64,000 nt of DNA, taken from positions 186,001 through 250,000 of the IMG/VR virus record IMGVR_UViG_3300035698_029839; one strand, written 5' to 3'. Each line of letters starts with the position of its first letter. Positions within the stretch are counted from its first letter, which is position 1. Position numbers and translations under genes: made by a program. Positions 10,752-21,696 of the stretch are shown here, one piece after another. The notes below the pieces were generated by a model. That model had not been told where the DNA came from. It saw nothing but the letters and a program-made list of their open reading frames with translations, and searched no databases.

Positions 10752-10785
10752 AAGGCAATGGAGAGTAAATCCCATTGCCTTTTTT
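10752..10785 (+). terminator. intrinsic terminator after Ro60
   Basis: AAGGCAATGG/CCATTGCCTT stem plus T-tract. Confidence 0.8.
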
Positions 10786-10839
10786 GCTCTTTATAAATTA
10801 GTAGTGTCAAGGAAGATTATTTAATAAAGGAGATGCACC

Positions 10840-11421
10840 ATGTCCCTATGGGATCAGAATAAGATGTTATACATTTTACACAGAAACGGAGTTAGCAGAA
10901 AGAATATTTTATTTATAATGAATGATTTAAAAACTTCTGAAACTTTTGGTACAGAAAATGATTTTGAAGATGAATTTGAAGATGATTGGGAGCTTGTAGA
11001 ACAAAAAGCATTTTTGTTATTTGAAAGCAATGTATCAAGTAAAGCAAAAATACTTGCTTTGAGAAACATAAAGAAAAAAGAAGAAGAATTTGAAAATACA
11101 AGGAAATGTCAGTACCTTACGGATCAAGAGGGAAGGATTCAGACAAAACGTAAAGAGCTTATAGAACAAGGGGTTATAGAACCTGATAAACTAACTCATC
11201 AAAAAACTCTTAAACTTACTACAAGATATGGTAGGTCTCCTTTACATGAAGCAATTGCTATGAGAGATATTCGTTTAGTAGAAAAATATCTTAAAAGTGA
11301 AAAATATCTTGACAAAGTAGATAATAACGGTCATACTGCTATGGAGATGGCATATTATGAGAATTATACTGATGCCTTAGCTCTATTTAAAAAGTACACA
11401 TTGACCAAAAAAGTTGGTTAA
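10840..11421 (+). CDS. ankyrin-repeat protein
   Basis: GRSPLHEA and DNNGHTAMEMA ankyrin motifs. Confidence 0.8.
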   Translation: MSLWDQNKMLYILHRNGVSRKNILFIMNDLKTSETFGTENDFEDEFEDDWELVEQKAFLLFESNVSSKAKILALRNIKKKEEEFENTRKCQYLTDQEGRIQTKRKELIEQGVIEPDKLTHQKTLKLTTRYGRSPLHEAIAMRDIRLVEKYLKSEKYLDKVDNNGHTAMEMAYYENYTDALALFKKYTLTKKVG

Positions 11422-11427
11422 TTTGAA

Positions 11428-11453
11428 AATTCCAGACAAGTGGTTTTTTAAAA
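11428..11453 (+). repeat. dispersed intergenic motif AATTCCAGACAAGTGGTTTTTTAAAA (first copy)
   Basis: Exact 26-mer also at 19277, 35545, 36884 and 41917; variants at about 38617, 56238, 56331, 57565 and 57976. Confidence 0.9.
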
Positions 11454-11498
11454 TACTAACGTAGAAATGAATAAATATTTTTTTTACGGAAAGGTTTT

Positions 11499-11945
11499 AT
11501 GATGAAAGTAAAAGTTGGAACAAATGAGTATTTGATGCATTGGGAGAAGCGTAAATTCAATCCTCTTACTGGCAAAAATACGGATAAAGAATTGGAATCC
11601 ACTGATTGTATTATCAGCAGATTGAATTCTGATGGAACGACAGCGGTGATTGCACGAGGCCATGTAAGTCAAACTTCTTGTGATCCGTCAAACGGTGTTA
11701 TGGCAAGAAGGTTGTCTTTTATTAAGGCAATCAAAGGTATGGATAGACTAGCACGTAAGGCATTAGGCGATGAGTACAATAGAACTTGTCGCGTTGTGCC
11801 GAGAACTCTTGGTCAGAAGAATCGCAAGTTAAGAAATCGTATCCTTGCTCTTCAAAAAGCATTAGCTATGGCTAATAGCATGATCAGTGGTGGAGAATCT
11901 CATACAGAAAAATCTGAGAAAGTAATAAAATCAGTAATGATTTAA
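11499..11945 (+). CDS. hypothetical phage protein
   Basis: 148-aa ORF downstream of the TTCCAGACAA motif, with GAAAGG RBS. Confidence 0.7.
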   Translation: MMKVKVGTNEYLMHWEKRKFNPLTGKNTDKELESTDCIISRLNSDGTTAVIARGHVSQTSCDPSNGVMARRLSFIKAIKGMDRLARKALGDEYNRTCRVVPRTLGQKNRKLRNRILALQKALAMANSMISGGESHTEKSEKVIKSVMI

Positions 11946-12022
11946 GAAGAGGAAAATTTCTCTTATTCTGGAACATATATCTTACAGATATATTGCAGAT
12001 ATATTACAATTGAATAGTCAGC

Positions 12023-12055
12023 AGGGATGTGAGTTTGTGTTTACATCCCTTTTTT
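12023..12055 (+). terminator. intrinsic terminator
   Basis: AGGGATGTGA/TTACATCCCT stem plus T-tract. Confidence 0.75.
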
Positions 12056-12131
12056 ATTTTAAAAGAGGAACTAGCTACTCCTTTATCGAATATAATAAAT
12101 AAAGGTTTATTATATAGAAGGGGAGTATAAA

Positions 12132-13028
12132 ATGAAAAAATGGACACCAAAAGAAGATAGTTTTTTAGAAAATAATGTTGGATCTTTAACATATAAACAG
12201 ATGGCGGACAATCTAAAAAGAACAAGAATGTCTGTGATGAAGCATTGTCAATGGAGAGGATTATCTAACTCTATACTGAGTGAAAAAACTCGATTTAAGA
12301 AAATATATAAAGTTAATGATAATTTTTTTAGTAACTATAATATTTTATCTTGTTACTACGCTGGATTGATAGCTTCTGATGGAAGCATTCATAAAAAAAG
12401 TAATGCGATATCAATAACTCAAGCTAAAAGTAGATTATCTTGTTTAGAAAAATTTAAGAAAGATGCTGGTTATAATGGAGTTATATATGGCCCTACAAAA
12501 ACAATAGGACAAGATGCTTACGCTCTGGTTATTAGTAGTAAAAAATGGAAAAAAGATTTAAAAAATAATTTTATGATTACACCTAATAAATCTTTAACAC
12601 TTTTACCTCCTGATTTAACTGATAAAAAAATGATAATTAGTTTTATAAATGGTTTGATTGATGGGGATGGGTCTGTTGGAGCTTATAATTATAAGAATAA
12701 AAAAGATATCGTTCCTATAATTACTTTTTGCGGAACAAAAAGTATAGTCGAGTGGGTTGCTAATAATTTAAATAAATATTTTATAATTAAAAATAGGACA
12801 ATACGTTATAGGCAGATAATTTCTAACAATACTTATTTTTTAAGTTTCAGTGGATGTAGGGTTATAAAATTTTATCAGTATCTTGTAAAAAATGATATCC
12901 CCTTTATGCGTTGTAAATGGAGCAGAATGGTAGATAAGTTATTTGTAAAAGGGCTGGATTACTATTTAAAAAACAAAAGAAAGACTAATAAGAGGGATAA
13001 TAATGGAAGATTTTGTAAAATTAGTTAA
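12132..13028 (+). CDS. free-standing LAGLIDADG homing endonuclease with N-terminal HTH
   Basis: YYAGLIASDGS and FINGLIDGDGS motifs; WTPKED HTH-like N-terminus. Confidence 0.9.
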   Translation: MKKWTPKEDSFLENNVGSLTYKQMADNLKRTRMSVMKHCQWRGLSNSILSEKTRFKKIYKVNDNFFSNYNILSCYYAGLIASDGSIHKKSNAISITQAKSRLSCLEKFKKDAGYNGVIYGPTKTIGQDAYALVISSKKWKKDLKNNFMITPNKSLTLLPPDLTDKKMIISFINGLIDGDGSVGAYNYKNKKDIVPIITFCGTKSIVEWVANNLNKYFIIKNRTIRYRQIISNNTYFLSFSGCRVIKFYQYLVKNDIPFMRCKWSRMVDKLFVKGLDYYLKNKRKTNKRDNNGRFCKIS

Positions 13029-14211
13029 AGAATTAAGTATAGAACATCCTGCAAGAGTCATAGAATTCTCTGACTTAACTAAGGGATTGTTCGCAGAAGT
13101 GGCAAAGGGTAATATTAATGTAGGTTATCACCCAGAGTTTCCACATCTTGCTATATTTAAATACTCTCTAGGTTGTGTTATGGAAAGAAACTGGAATAAA
13201 TTTACTATTATGGCTAGAGGTCTAATATTAGACCTTAAAAATAAAAGTGTTATCGCTACTCCGTTCATAAAATTTTGGAATTATGATGAGATTTTTTCTG
13301 CTATATCTATTCTTGAGCCAGAGTTTACTATTACAGAGAAGATGGATGGCTCACTAGGTATAATGTTCTTCTATGCAGATAAGTTTAGATTTGCAACAGC
13401 AGGTTCATTTATATCTGAACAAGCTCAATGGGCAGAACAATGGATGTACAACAAGATGCCTTTGGATAAAATAGATAAGACTAATACTTATTTGTTTGAG
13501 ATAATTTATCCAGAGAATAAGATTGTGGTTACTTATGATTTTGAAGGACTAGTTTTGCTTGGTATCTTTGATACTTATGGTTTAGAATATAACTATGAGC
13601 AATTAAAGTGGGAAGCTTCATATATGGGAACATCTTGTACTCCACAACATGATTTCGCAGATATGGACAGCATACTTAATAATGCTAAGACTTTAGATAG
13701 CAACAATGAAGGATATGTAATACGGTTCAAGAACGGGATACGTTTGAAGATTAAGGGCGATGAATATGTTCGTATACATAGATTAATATCAAGAGTAACA
13801 CCTCTTGCTATCTGGGAATCTATCATAAACGGAGATGACTTAACAGAAGTAAAGGAAGAATTACCAGAAGAGATGGAAAAAGACTTTGATGCTATAACTG
13901 CAATTCTTTACGAGAAGTTAGAAATCTTTGTAAAAGAAGTAGAAGCTCTGCATTCTGAAACTAAGTTAATGTCGGATAAAGCATTGGGTCTTTATATACA
14001 AAGAAATCCCGAAGGTTGGGGAGATAGAACATTTAAAAGATCTTTGAGATATATTTTTCCTATGAGAAAAAATAAGTTCTATGAATCTCTTAAAGAAAAA
14101 GGATCGTTAGGTCGTAAGAAGATTTTTAATGAGTTTAGACCTACATCTAATAGATTAGAAGGTTATACACCATCATCAGCAGTTAATAGATTTGCCGATA
14201 TGGACACCTAA
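13003..14211 (+). CDS. RNA ligase, T4 Rnl1-like
   Basis: ARGLI, PFIKFWN, adenylation motif EKMDGS, FEII, EGYV, LKIKGDEY. Confidence 0.9.
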   Translation: MEDFVKLVKELSIEHPARVIEFSDLTKGLFAEVAKGNINVGYHPEFPHLAIFKYSLGCVMERNWNKFTIMARGLILDLKNKSVIATPFIKFWNYDEIFSAISILEPEFTITEKMDGSLGIMFFYADKFRFATAGSFISEQAQWAEQWMYNKMPLDKIDKTNTYLFEIIYPENKIVVTYDFEGLVLLGIFDTYGLEYNYEQLKWEASYMGTSCTPQHDFADMDSILNNAKTLDSNNEGYVIRFKNGIRLKIKGDEYVRIHRLISRVTPLAIWESIINGDDLTEVKEELPEEMEKDFDAITAILYEKLEIFVKEVEALHSETKLMSDKALGLYIQRNPEGWGDRTFKRSLRYIFPMRKNKFYESLKEKGSLGRKKIFNEFRPTSNRLEGYTPSSAVNRFADMDT

Positions 14212-14826
14212 ATCACTTTTCACTTTTCAAAAAAACAATTTGTAAGTGAAAGTGATTTAGGTTATAATTAAGGCAGTAATGTTAACTACTACTGAAGGCG
14301 TGCAAATGAAAAGTGAATATGGGTGTTATGTTTTAATGTTGTCGTATGTTGATGAGAACTGGATGGATATAGGCGGTAATATTTATCCACCAGAAGGTTT
14401 TGTAGAAGCTAAAAATTTTACAAGAGATATTGATGTCAGATTTGGATTGAATGGGATTTTATGGGGAAAAACTTGTTATTTTCCATATGAGCAAATTAAC
14501 AAAGGGAATTGGACGGTTGTAAAAACAGAATTGATTGACGATTTGATTAAAACAGAACATTATTATAATCGTTATAAATTTCCAAATGGATGGATAGTTT
14601 ATTCTGGTAGTTTAAGAGACTCTGCTAAATATATAGTAAGACATAAAAATGATGACAGTTTTTCCGAAGATGGAAAATGGATTCAAGCAGAAGAAATAGC
14701 TGGATCTCGTCAATGGATGAAAGATCATAATTTAGAGTAGGAATAAATGGTGCTAAAGCATTTTGTATTTTTTTATATTTTCTATTTAAATATTTTTAAT
14801 AAATAAAAATTATAGAAAGAAGGTGT

Positions 14827-15516
14827 ATTATATATTTTATTGGTGACGTTCATGAAGAATTCAAAACCTATGAATATATTGTTTTGAAAATGCAACACAA
14901 AGGAGGTAGAAAAGGTATGGAATTTTCTCTTCAAGTTGGAGATATGGGTATTGGATTTCCTGATTATGGAGATTATTCTAAAGATGGTAAAAGTTGGTCT
15001 CCTATAATGCCTTCTGATCATATGTTTTTTAATGGCAATCATGATAATCCTTTATTATGTAAAACTCATCCTAACTATTTAGGAGATTGGGGGTATATCC
15101 CTGATCCAAATATGTTTTATGTTTCTGGCGGTTTTTCTATAGATCATGCTTATAGATTTGTTGATATGACTTGGTGGAAAGATGAAGAATTGAATAATGA
15201 AGAAATGTCTAAAGCTTTAGATTCTTATAAAATTAATAAACCAAAAATAGTGGTATCTCATGAATGTCCATTAGGAGTTAAAATAGATTTTGTTACTAAT
15301 TCATGGAAGTTTGATGTCAACAGTAGAACAGAGGAATTACTACAAAGTATGTTTGAAATACATCAACCTGACTACTGGATTTTTGGACATCATCATCAAA
15401 GAAAAGAGTTGGATAAAAATGGAACTCATTTTGTGTGTTTAGATGAGTTGATAGGTGGTAAAATAAATGATTGTATTTATGAAATAAAAGGTTTAACTTG
15501 GGAAGGATATAAATAA
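14827..15516 (+). CDS. calcineurin-like metallophosphoesterase (probable non-AUG start)
   Basis: In-frame IYFIGDVH lies upstream of the called start; also QVGDMG, GNHDN, VSHECP, FGHHH. Confidence 0.85.
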   Translation: MIYFIGDVHEEFKTYEYIVLKMQHKGGRKGMEFSLQVGDMGIGFPDYGDYSKDGKSWSPIMPSDHMFFNGNHDNPLLCKTHPNYLGDWGYIPDPNMFYVSGGFSIDHAYRFVDMTWWKDEELNNEEMSKALDSYKINKPKIVVSHECPLGVKIDFVTNSWKFDVNSRTEELLQSMFEIHQPDYWIFGHHHQRKELDKNGTHFVCLDELIGGKINDCIYEIKGLTWEGYK

Positions 15517-15827
15517 TGCCGTATATACTACAAGAACAAAGAGATAGATTAGATCCTATGATAGAACATCTTTCAAAAGATTTGTTAGAGCATCTTGATG
15601 TAGGAGAGTATAATTATGTAATGACTAAGCTTATGCATGAATTTATATTGAAGAAGGGTATAAAATATAAAAACTTCAGTGCCGCTAAAGCAGTGTTGAT
15701 GGATGCTAGAGATGAACTTAGTAGAATTCCAATGGGATTTTATGAAGATGAAAAAATAAGAGCCAATGGTTTTATTAGTGAATTAGATTTACACTCGCGT
15801 AGGAGCAAGGGAGATTCGACAATATGA
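15516..15827 (+). CDS. conserved phage protein (DUF6899-like)
   Basis: MPYI...GEYNY...YEDEKIRANG pattern. Confidence 0.55.
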   Translation: MPYILQEQRDRLDPMIEHLSKDLLEHLDVGEYNYVMTKLMHEFILKKGIKYKNFSAAKAVLMDARDELSRIPMGFYEDEKIRANGFISELDLHSRRSKGDSTI

Positions 15828-16606
15828 TTGGAGCTATAATAGGCGATGTAGTAGGTTCTCCTTATGAAGGGAGAAGAATGAATTTCTTCGATTATGATTT
15901 TCCTCTCTTCAACGAAAGATCTACGTTTACAGATGATACTATTTTAACTGTTGCTACTGCCAAGGCCATACTTGAGGATATTCCTTATGGAACAGCGTAT
16001 CTTGAGCTAGGTAGAAAATATAGACGTAAGGGTTATGGTAGTGCTTTTGAAGAGTGGTTATGTTCTCCTGACCCTCAACCGTATGGTAGCTGGGGCAATG
16101 GCTCGGCTATGAGAATTAGCCCTATCGGTCTTTATTTTGATACTCCATCAAAGGTTGGTATAGAGGCTGCGAAGAGTTCTAAAATAACTCATAATCATCT
16201 TGATGCTATACAGGGTGCATCAGCTATTGCCTTAGCTATTCATTATGCTAAATGTGAGGGCAATAAGGAACAGATTAAAGATATTGTAAAAGCTATGTAT
16301 AATTATGAGTTTGAAAAGGATTGGGAATTTTATAGAAATAATTATAAATTTGATATTACCTGTAAGGGCACTGTTATTCAGGCATTAACCGTTTTCTTTG
16401 AATCAAATAGTTTTGAAGATTGCATAAGGAAATCTGTGTTAATGGGAGGAGATACAGATACATTAGCTTGTATAGCGGGTTCTGTAGCGGAAGCATATTA
16501 TAAAGATATACCTGAAGATATAGCAACAGAAGCTTTAGGCAAAATTCCTGATGAGTTTTTAACTATTGTAAGAGAATTTTACAAAACGATGAGAACAAGT
16601 ATATGA
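15824..16606 (+). CDS. ADP-ribosylglycohydrolase (DraG/ARH family)
   Basis: GAIIGDVVGS, FTDDT, SWGNGSAMR, ITHNH, GGDTDT. Confidence 0.93.
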   Translation: MIGAIIGDVVGSPYEGRRMNFFDYDFPLFNERSTFTDDTILTVATAKAILEDIPYGTAYLELGRKYRRKGYGSAFEEWLCSPDPQPYGSWGNGSAMRISPIGLYFDTPSKVGIEAAKSSKITHNHLDAIQGASAIALAIHYAKCEGNKEQIKDIVKAMYNYEFEKDWEFYRNNYKFDITCKGTVIQALTVFFESNSFEDCIRKSVLMGGDTDTLACIAGSVAEAYYKDIPEDIATEALGKIPDEFLTIVREFYKTMRTSI

Positions 16607-17262
16607 TTAAGATAGCAGCAATATCTGATATGCATGGTCAACTATCTTTCAAAGTCCCAGAAGTAGATTTGCTTTTGATAGCGGGAGATTTGTGCCCCGC
16701 TCGTCATGAACCATATCTTTGTGTTGATTTTCAATCTAATTGGTTAAATCTCGATTTTAGATATTGGTTATCAGATCAACCGATTAAAGAGTGTGTAGCA
16801 GTAGCAGGAAATCATGATTGGATATGGGAAAAAGCTAAAGATCAAGTTCCTAAAATGAATGCTAATTTCCATTATATAGAAGATGAATCAATAGAGATTC
16901 TTGGTCAAAAAATATATGGAACTCCAGTACAGTTACCTTTTAATAATTGGGCTTTTAATAAAGATGAAAAATCGATTCAAAAACATTGGGACAATATCCC
17001 TGAAGGCCTAGATATACTTCTTCTTCATAGTCCTCCGTATGGATTTTTAGATAGAACTAATCCTCTTAATTATGAATCAGAAAGAATTGGGAGTAAAAGT
17101 CTTACAAAGAGAATAGAAGAAGTTTGTCCAAAACTTGTTGTATTTGGTCACAATCATGAATCTCATGGCACTTTTGAAGAAAATGGGATCACTTACATCA
17201 ATGCTTCTCTAGTTGATGAGAGATATAAAATGACAAGAGAACCTATTGTGGTGGAATTATGA
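16603..17262 (+). CDS. calcineurin-like metallophosphoesterase
   Basis: ISDMHG, IAGD, AGNHD, HSPP, FGHNHE. Confidence 0.92.
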   Translation: MIKIAAISDMHGQLSFKVPEVDLLLIAGDLCPARHEPYLCVDFQSNWLNLDFRYWLSDQPIKECVAVAGNHDWIWEKAKDQVPKMNANFHYIEDESIEILGQKIYGTPVQLPFNNWAFNKDEKSIQKHWDNIPEGLDILLLHSPPYGFLDRTNPLNYESERIGSKSLTKRIEEVCPKLVVFGHNHESHGTFEENGITYINASLVDERYKMTREPIVVEL

Positions 17263-17918
17263 GTGAAGCAAAAAACAATGAATTAAATATAACACAATTT
17301 CCTAACGAATTAGGATTAGTATTATTTACTAGTCAAAAAGCAATAGAACAAATACGTGATTATAAAGTTGAGTTTCCAAAAGAATATAATGATAAAATAG
17401 AAAATTTTGTCCGTTTGCCCAAGTTCGTAATATATTTTTGGAACTACGTTATTAACAAACAACAAATACCTACTCAAGAACAATTTAAAGATGGGTATAT
17501 AAATTCGAAAGTTGTGCAAAAAGTTATTTCCAATTTTGATTTAATTGAAATCGAAGGATTAAGATGTAGATTAAATCGTGTTTTTCCATCATTAGTAAGA
17601 GATCTTATATTATCTTTACAGTTAAGAGAAAACAAAATTTTAAAAGATAACGAAGCAGGAATAAGATACAATATTCAATTGGATCTTAAGGGGATAGATA
17701 TTCTTGTAATATATAGGGGAATATATTATGGGGTTAGGTGTTTTGCTGATACTCCACGATCTAGAGATTATAAATCTATCAAGCCTGAGAGGACTCCAGA
17801 TTTTACTAATGTTACTTATATAGATTCTCCTCTTTGTTCTAAAAATACAGATAGCAAAGTATGGATATATGATGCCATAGGAGTAATTAGAGTGACTCAT
17901 AAATTAGGATTGGAGTAA
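17259..17918 (+). CDS. putative PD-(D/E)XK restriction-endonuclease-like protein
   Basis: LDLKGIDILV acidic strand resembles type II REase cores; weak evidence. Confidence 0.35.
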   Translation: MSEAKNNELNITQFPNELGLVLFTSQKAIEQIRDYKVEFPKEYNDKIENFVRLPKFVIYFWNYVINKQQIPTQEQFKDGYINSKVVQKVISNFDLIEIEGLRCRLNRVFPSLVRDLILSLQLRENKILKDNEAGIRYNIQLDLKGIDILVIYRGIYYGVRCFADTPRSRDYKSIKPERTPDFTNVTYIDSPLCSKNTDSKVWIYDAIGVIRVTHKLGLE

Positions 17919-17925
17919 TATAATT

Positions 17926-18726
17926 ATGAAAAAAGAATTACAAGAAAAATTATTTGAGAAATATCCTAAAATATTTCAAGACAAAGATAAAACTATTCAA
18001 GAAAGTCTTATACCAGAAGGTATATGTTGTGGTGATGGATGGTATTCGTTGATAGATCAACTTTGTTATTTTTTACAATTTGATGTAGATAAGAATAGTG
18101 GTCAACAAATAGTAGCATTTCAAGTTAAAGAAAAATTTGGGGGACTTAGGTTTTATATTAAAAAGGGATCTGATAAACAATATGGGACTATTCATTTTGC
18201 TGAATTTTTAAGTTATAAAGTTTGTGAAAAATGTGGTTCTACAAAAGATGTAAAACAAACCAAAGAAAGATACATTCAATCCTTATGCCTTGAATGTATA
18301 GAAAAAAAGAAAGGAAAGATTAATATGTTTTTTGGAAAAAAATTAAAAGAGTTAAGATTAAATAAAGCTAATATGGGATGTCATAAATTCGCAGAAGTGA
18401 TAGATATGCTCCCTTTAGATTTAAATCATATTGAATATGGGTATATAGAATACCCTAGAGATAAAGAATGGTTATTTAAAATTCAAGATGCATTTAAATT
18501 TGATGATATTGATAGCGATTGTACGGAATTGGCAAAATTATGGTCAGAACCTTTTGTAATGCAAAAAATGGATGAAGATATATTTCCTGGTCCTTTTACG
18601 TCTAAAGCAGATGGGACACAATTAACGATAGAAGAACTAAAGAAATTATGTCTTTTTTTGCAGAATCATGCAAAAGAGCATAATAAAAAAGCAAAGGAAT
18701 ATAATAAAAAACATAATGGAACATAA
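17926..18726 (+). CDS. conserved phage protein (QVKEKFGGLRFY family) fused to an XRE-type HTH domain
   Basis: N-half CGDGW/QVKEKFGGLRFY/CEKCG; internal RBS and ATG start MFFGKKLKELRL (HTH-like). Confidence 0.55.
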   Translation: MKKELQEKLFEKYPKIFQDKDKTIQESLIPEGICCGDGWYSLIDQLCYFLQFDVDKNSGQQIVAFQVKEKFGGLRFYIKKGSDKQYGTIHFAEFLSYKVCEKCGSTKDVKQTKERYIQSLCLECIEKKKGKINMFFGKKLKELRLNKANMGCHKFAEVIDMLPLDLNHIEYGYIEYPRDKEWLFKIQDAFKFDDIDSDCTELAKLWSEPFVMQKMDEDIFPGPFTSKADGTQLTIEELKKLCLFLQNHAKEHNKKAKEYNKKHNGT

Positions 18727-19356
18727 AGAAAAGATATTTAGAGAAAAACAAATGATGAAACACTGGGATGAAATAGATTCCAGGAAAGATGTTTTAATAG
18801 AATTAATGCTTTTAAAAAGAGAACCCCAACCGTTAGATTTCGTCCTTTTTTTTCAATGCTTGTCTATCGTTGCGGAGAAAATAGAAATTAACAAAGAGGA
18901 AATAATAAAAACTCCTAATAAGATAGATGTAGAAAATTTAGATGAGAAATTTAAGGCTATTTTTGAAGATCTATCTGATCAAGCTGAGAAATTTTGCGAT
19001 AAAAATGTTGTAGGAGAAATAGAGTGTTTATTTACTTCTTTAAATGATACTTTGCCAGTTAGCGATAGAATAACAGCAATTAATAAAATCAGGATGACAT
19101 CGTGGAAAGGTCTATTTTATAGGAAAGAAGAAATTTCGGAATTAATGGAGAGATATCCTAGAGATCTTAAAGGAGATGATTTTATACTTATTTTTAAATG
19201 TATAGCTATGATAGTACTAGAGTTAGATATAAAAAAGCAAGAGTCTGAGATATTAGAAAAGTTAAAATTTATCTAAAATTCCAGACAAGTGGTTTTTTAA
19301 AAAGTAGAGTATGGTGCAAATGATTGAACAAGCAATAGAAATAGATATAAAAGTTC

Positions 19357-19794
19357 TTGTTTTTCCTTATTGAAAAAATAATGATTAAAATATTAAGTTT
19401 AAATTGGAAGAAAGAAACAAAAATAATTTTATTATTAATTATTGTTTGTTTTTTAGTTACAGGATGTCAAAATACCCAACAAAAATGGGGGCAAGGAGAA
19501 GTCCATCCTGAATGGAAAAAATATTTTGGAAATAGTAATATTTCTCGTTTATTGTATCATAAAGGACTAGAAGAAAATAAAAGGAGACGCATAAGAGCAA
19601 AAATAAATGAGTGTTACGAGATAGATATTGAAGCATTTAAAGAGATAAATAAACAGTATAAGGTGCAACTTGAAGCTCTGGGGAATAGTGACATTATTTT
19701 TGCCGAACAGGATGAAAAATTAGAGAGAATGATTGAAAAGTTAGAAAAAAGATATGATTATGTAGATGTTCAAGATGAAAACGATAATGATTAA
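19357..19794 (+). CDS. putative lipoprotein
   Basis: Hydrophobic stretch ending in lipobox-like LVTGC. Confidence 0.5.
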   Translation: MFFLIEKIMIKILSLNWKKETKIILLLIIVCFLVTGCQNTQQKWGQGEVHPEWKKYFGNSNISRLLYHKGLEENKRRRIRAKINECYEIDIEAFKEINKQYKVQLEALGNSDIIFAEQDEKLERMIEKLEKRYDYVDVQDENDND

Positions 19795-21696
19795 ACAAAC
19801 AGTAGAAATAGATATAAAAATTTTGAGAATAATGATCCTGATGGCCGAGGATACTTTTTTTAGTGCAGAAGAAAGTAAATATTTTTCTCCTTGGTTGTTG
19901 AATTTTGCGTTAGAGTATCGAGATAGTAATGATTCTAATGATCAAATGGCTGTGTGGTCTGCATTAAGAACAGGAGCATCGATGCTCAGGCCTCATGAAA
20001 TTGATCGTTTATTACCATTTTTAGAAGAAGGACATATTATTGATACTAGTAAGGTTGCTTTAAAAATGATAGGTCGTTGTTGTGAAGTTCATTTCCCAAC
20101 AGAAATTGATAGTTACGATGAAGTTGCTCAACAAGTTTATCAAATTAATAAAAAATTAATAAAATCTATCATTACTGAAAGCGAACCTGCTGCAAAAGCC
20201 CAACTAGCTTTTTATGCTCTTATTACAATGGGTAGTAGTAATGCGGAGTTAATTGCTAGAGAAATGTGCAAACAGGAAAAATGGTTTATAAAAATGAGTC
20301 TTAGAAAATTGCTATTTTTAAGGGTTACTTTGGAAAATTATTTTAAGAATACCCTTACTTTGGAAAGTCATTTAAAAGGTAAATCTTTTAAATTACTAGA
20401 GGGTATTATTCATATCCTCGAAAATACAACAAAATAATTTTTATATATAGGAGCATAAGATGTTGAGAAGAAAAGGAGAATTTGAAATTAATGGATTTTG
20501 GATTTTTTTGATTTTAGTACTTTTTGTCCTTCCCCTTGTAAGGGTTTTAAAAAATGATGATGGAGAGAAATCAAAAAACCCAGAGAGCGGAAAAGTCCGT
20601 ACAAAAGTAGTTAGTGGCAAGGGAGAAGTTTTAGATATAAATCGTAATTCTGCTATTGCTCCTATTAATACTCGAGTTAAAATTCCCCTTAAAGAAAAAG
20701 CGGTAATCGTCAAGAAGAAGTTTATTGATGGAGAAGAAGAAGTTATAAAAATCTCATCTAAATATGCTATCACTATTTTTGATAGTCTCGGTGCATGGGA
20801 GATAAATATGTATGATGTGGATGGTCTTTTAGTAGAGTGGATTAAAATAACGGTATATTAAAAATATGAAAAATCAATTAAATGGAATAAAATTTGTTGT
20901 CCCAGATAAATTGTGGGGAGAGACTCAAGAATATGTTTTTAAACATATGCCAGAAATCAATGATTTTCTCAGAAAGGGTGTTTGTACAAAAGATACTACA
21001 CGTCATTTCTTATTTGATTCTCTAAGCTTGGTTATATCTGAGTTAAAAACTAATAAAGATAAATATCCCGCTATTACAATAAAAGAAGAAAATTGGGTAG
21101 ATATAACCATTGAATCTATAGGTGAAGAAGTTCCACCATTGACTGATTTCGATGCTAGTATTGAGTACATAGAAAATTTTAGATCTCTTATTTGGGGATA
21201 TATAAGAAATCATGAACAAATTTTAACACTTATTTTTTGGCGTTCATCTCGCAAAAAGAAAAAAGAGCTTATTCCTTTTGTTGATGAGCCATTTTTATCT
21301 TTTTTGATTAAATGTGCTACACTCGTATATTGCGAATGTTTTTTAAGAAAATTAGAAGAATTAGTATTACAATATAATGCTAAATAACACATGGTTAAAA
21401 AAAGTATAATTAAAACAGGTCAGGTTGTTTTGCTTTATTCTAAGCCACCAGATGAAGCTTTAATAGGTTTTGTGGATAGAATTGATTACCCTATTATAAC
21501 TATTCTTGTGATACCAAGAAGCGGAGCAAAAAATAAATTTGGAAAAATACAAAAAATAGATGTTTCTAAAAATATTCTTTTGAATATTTTATCCGAAGAA
21601 TTTATGAAAGATTATTTGACAAAAAAAGAAAAGAAGATTTTAAAAGAGATGAAGAAAGAAAATGAAACAGTTGATTTATTCGATGGAGAACATTAA

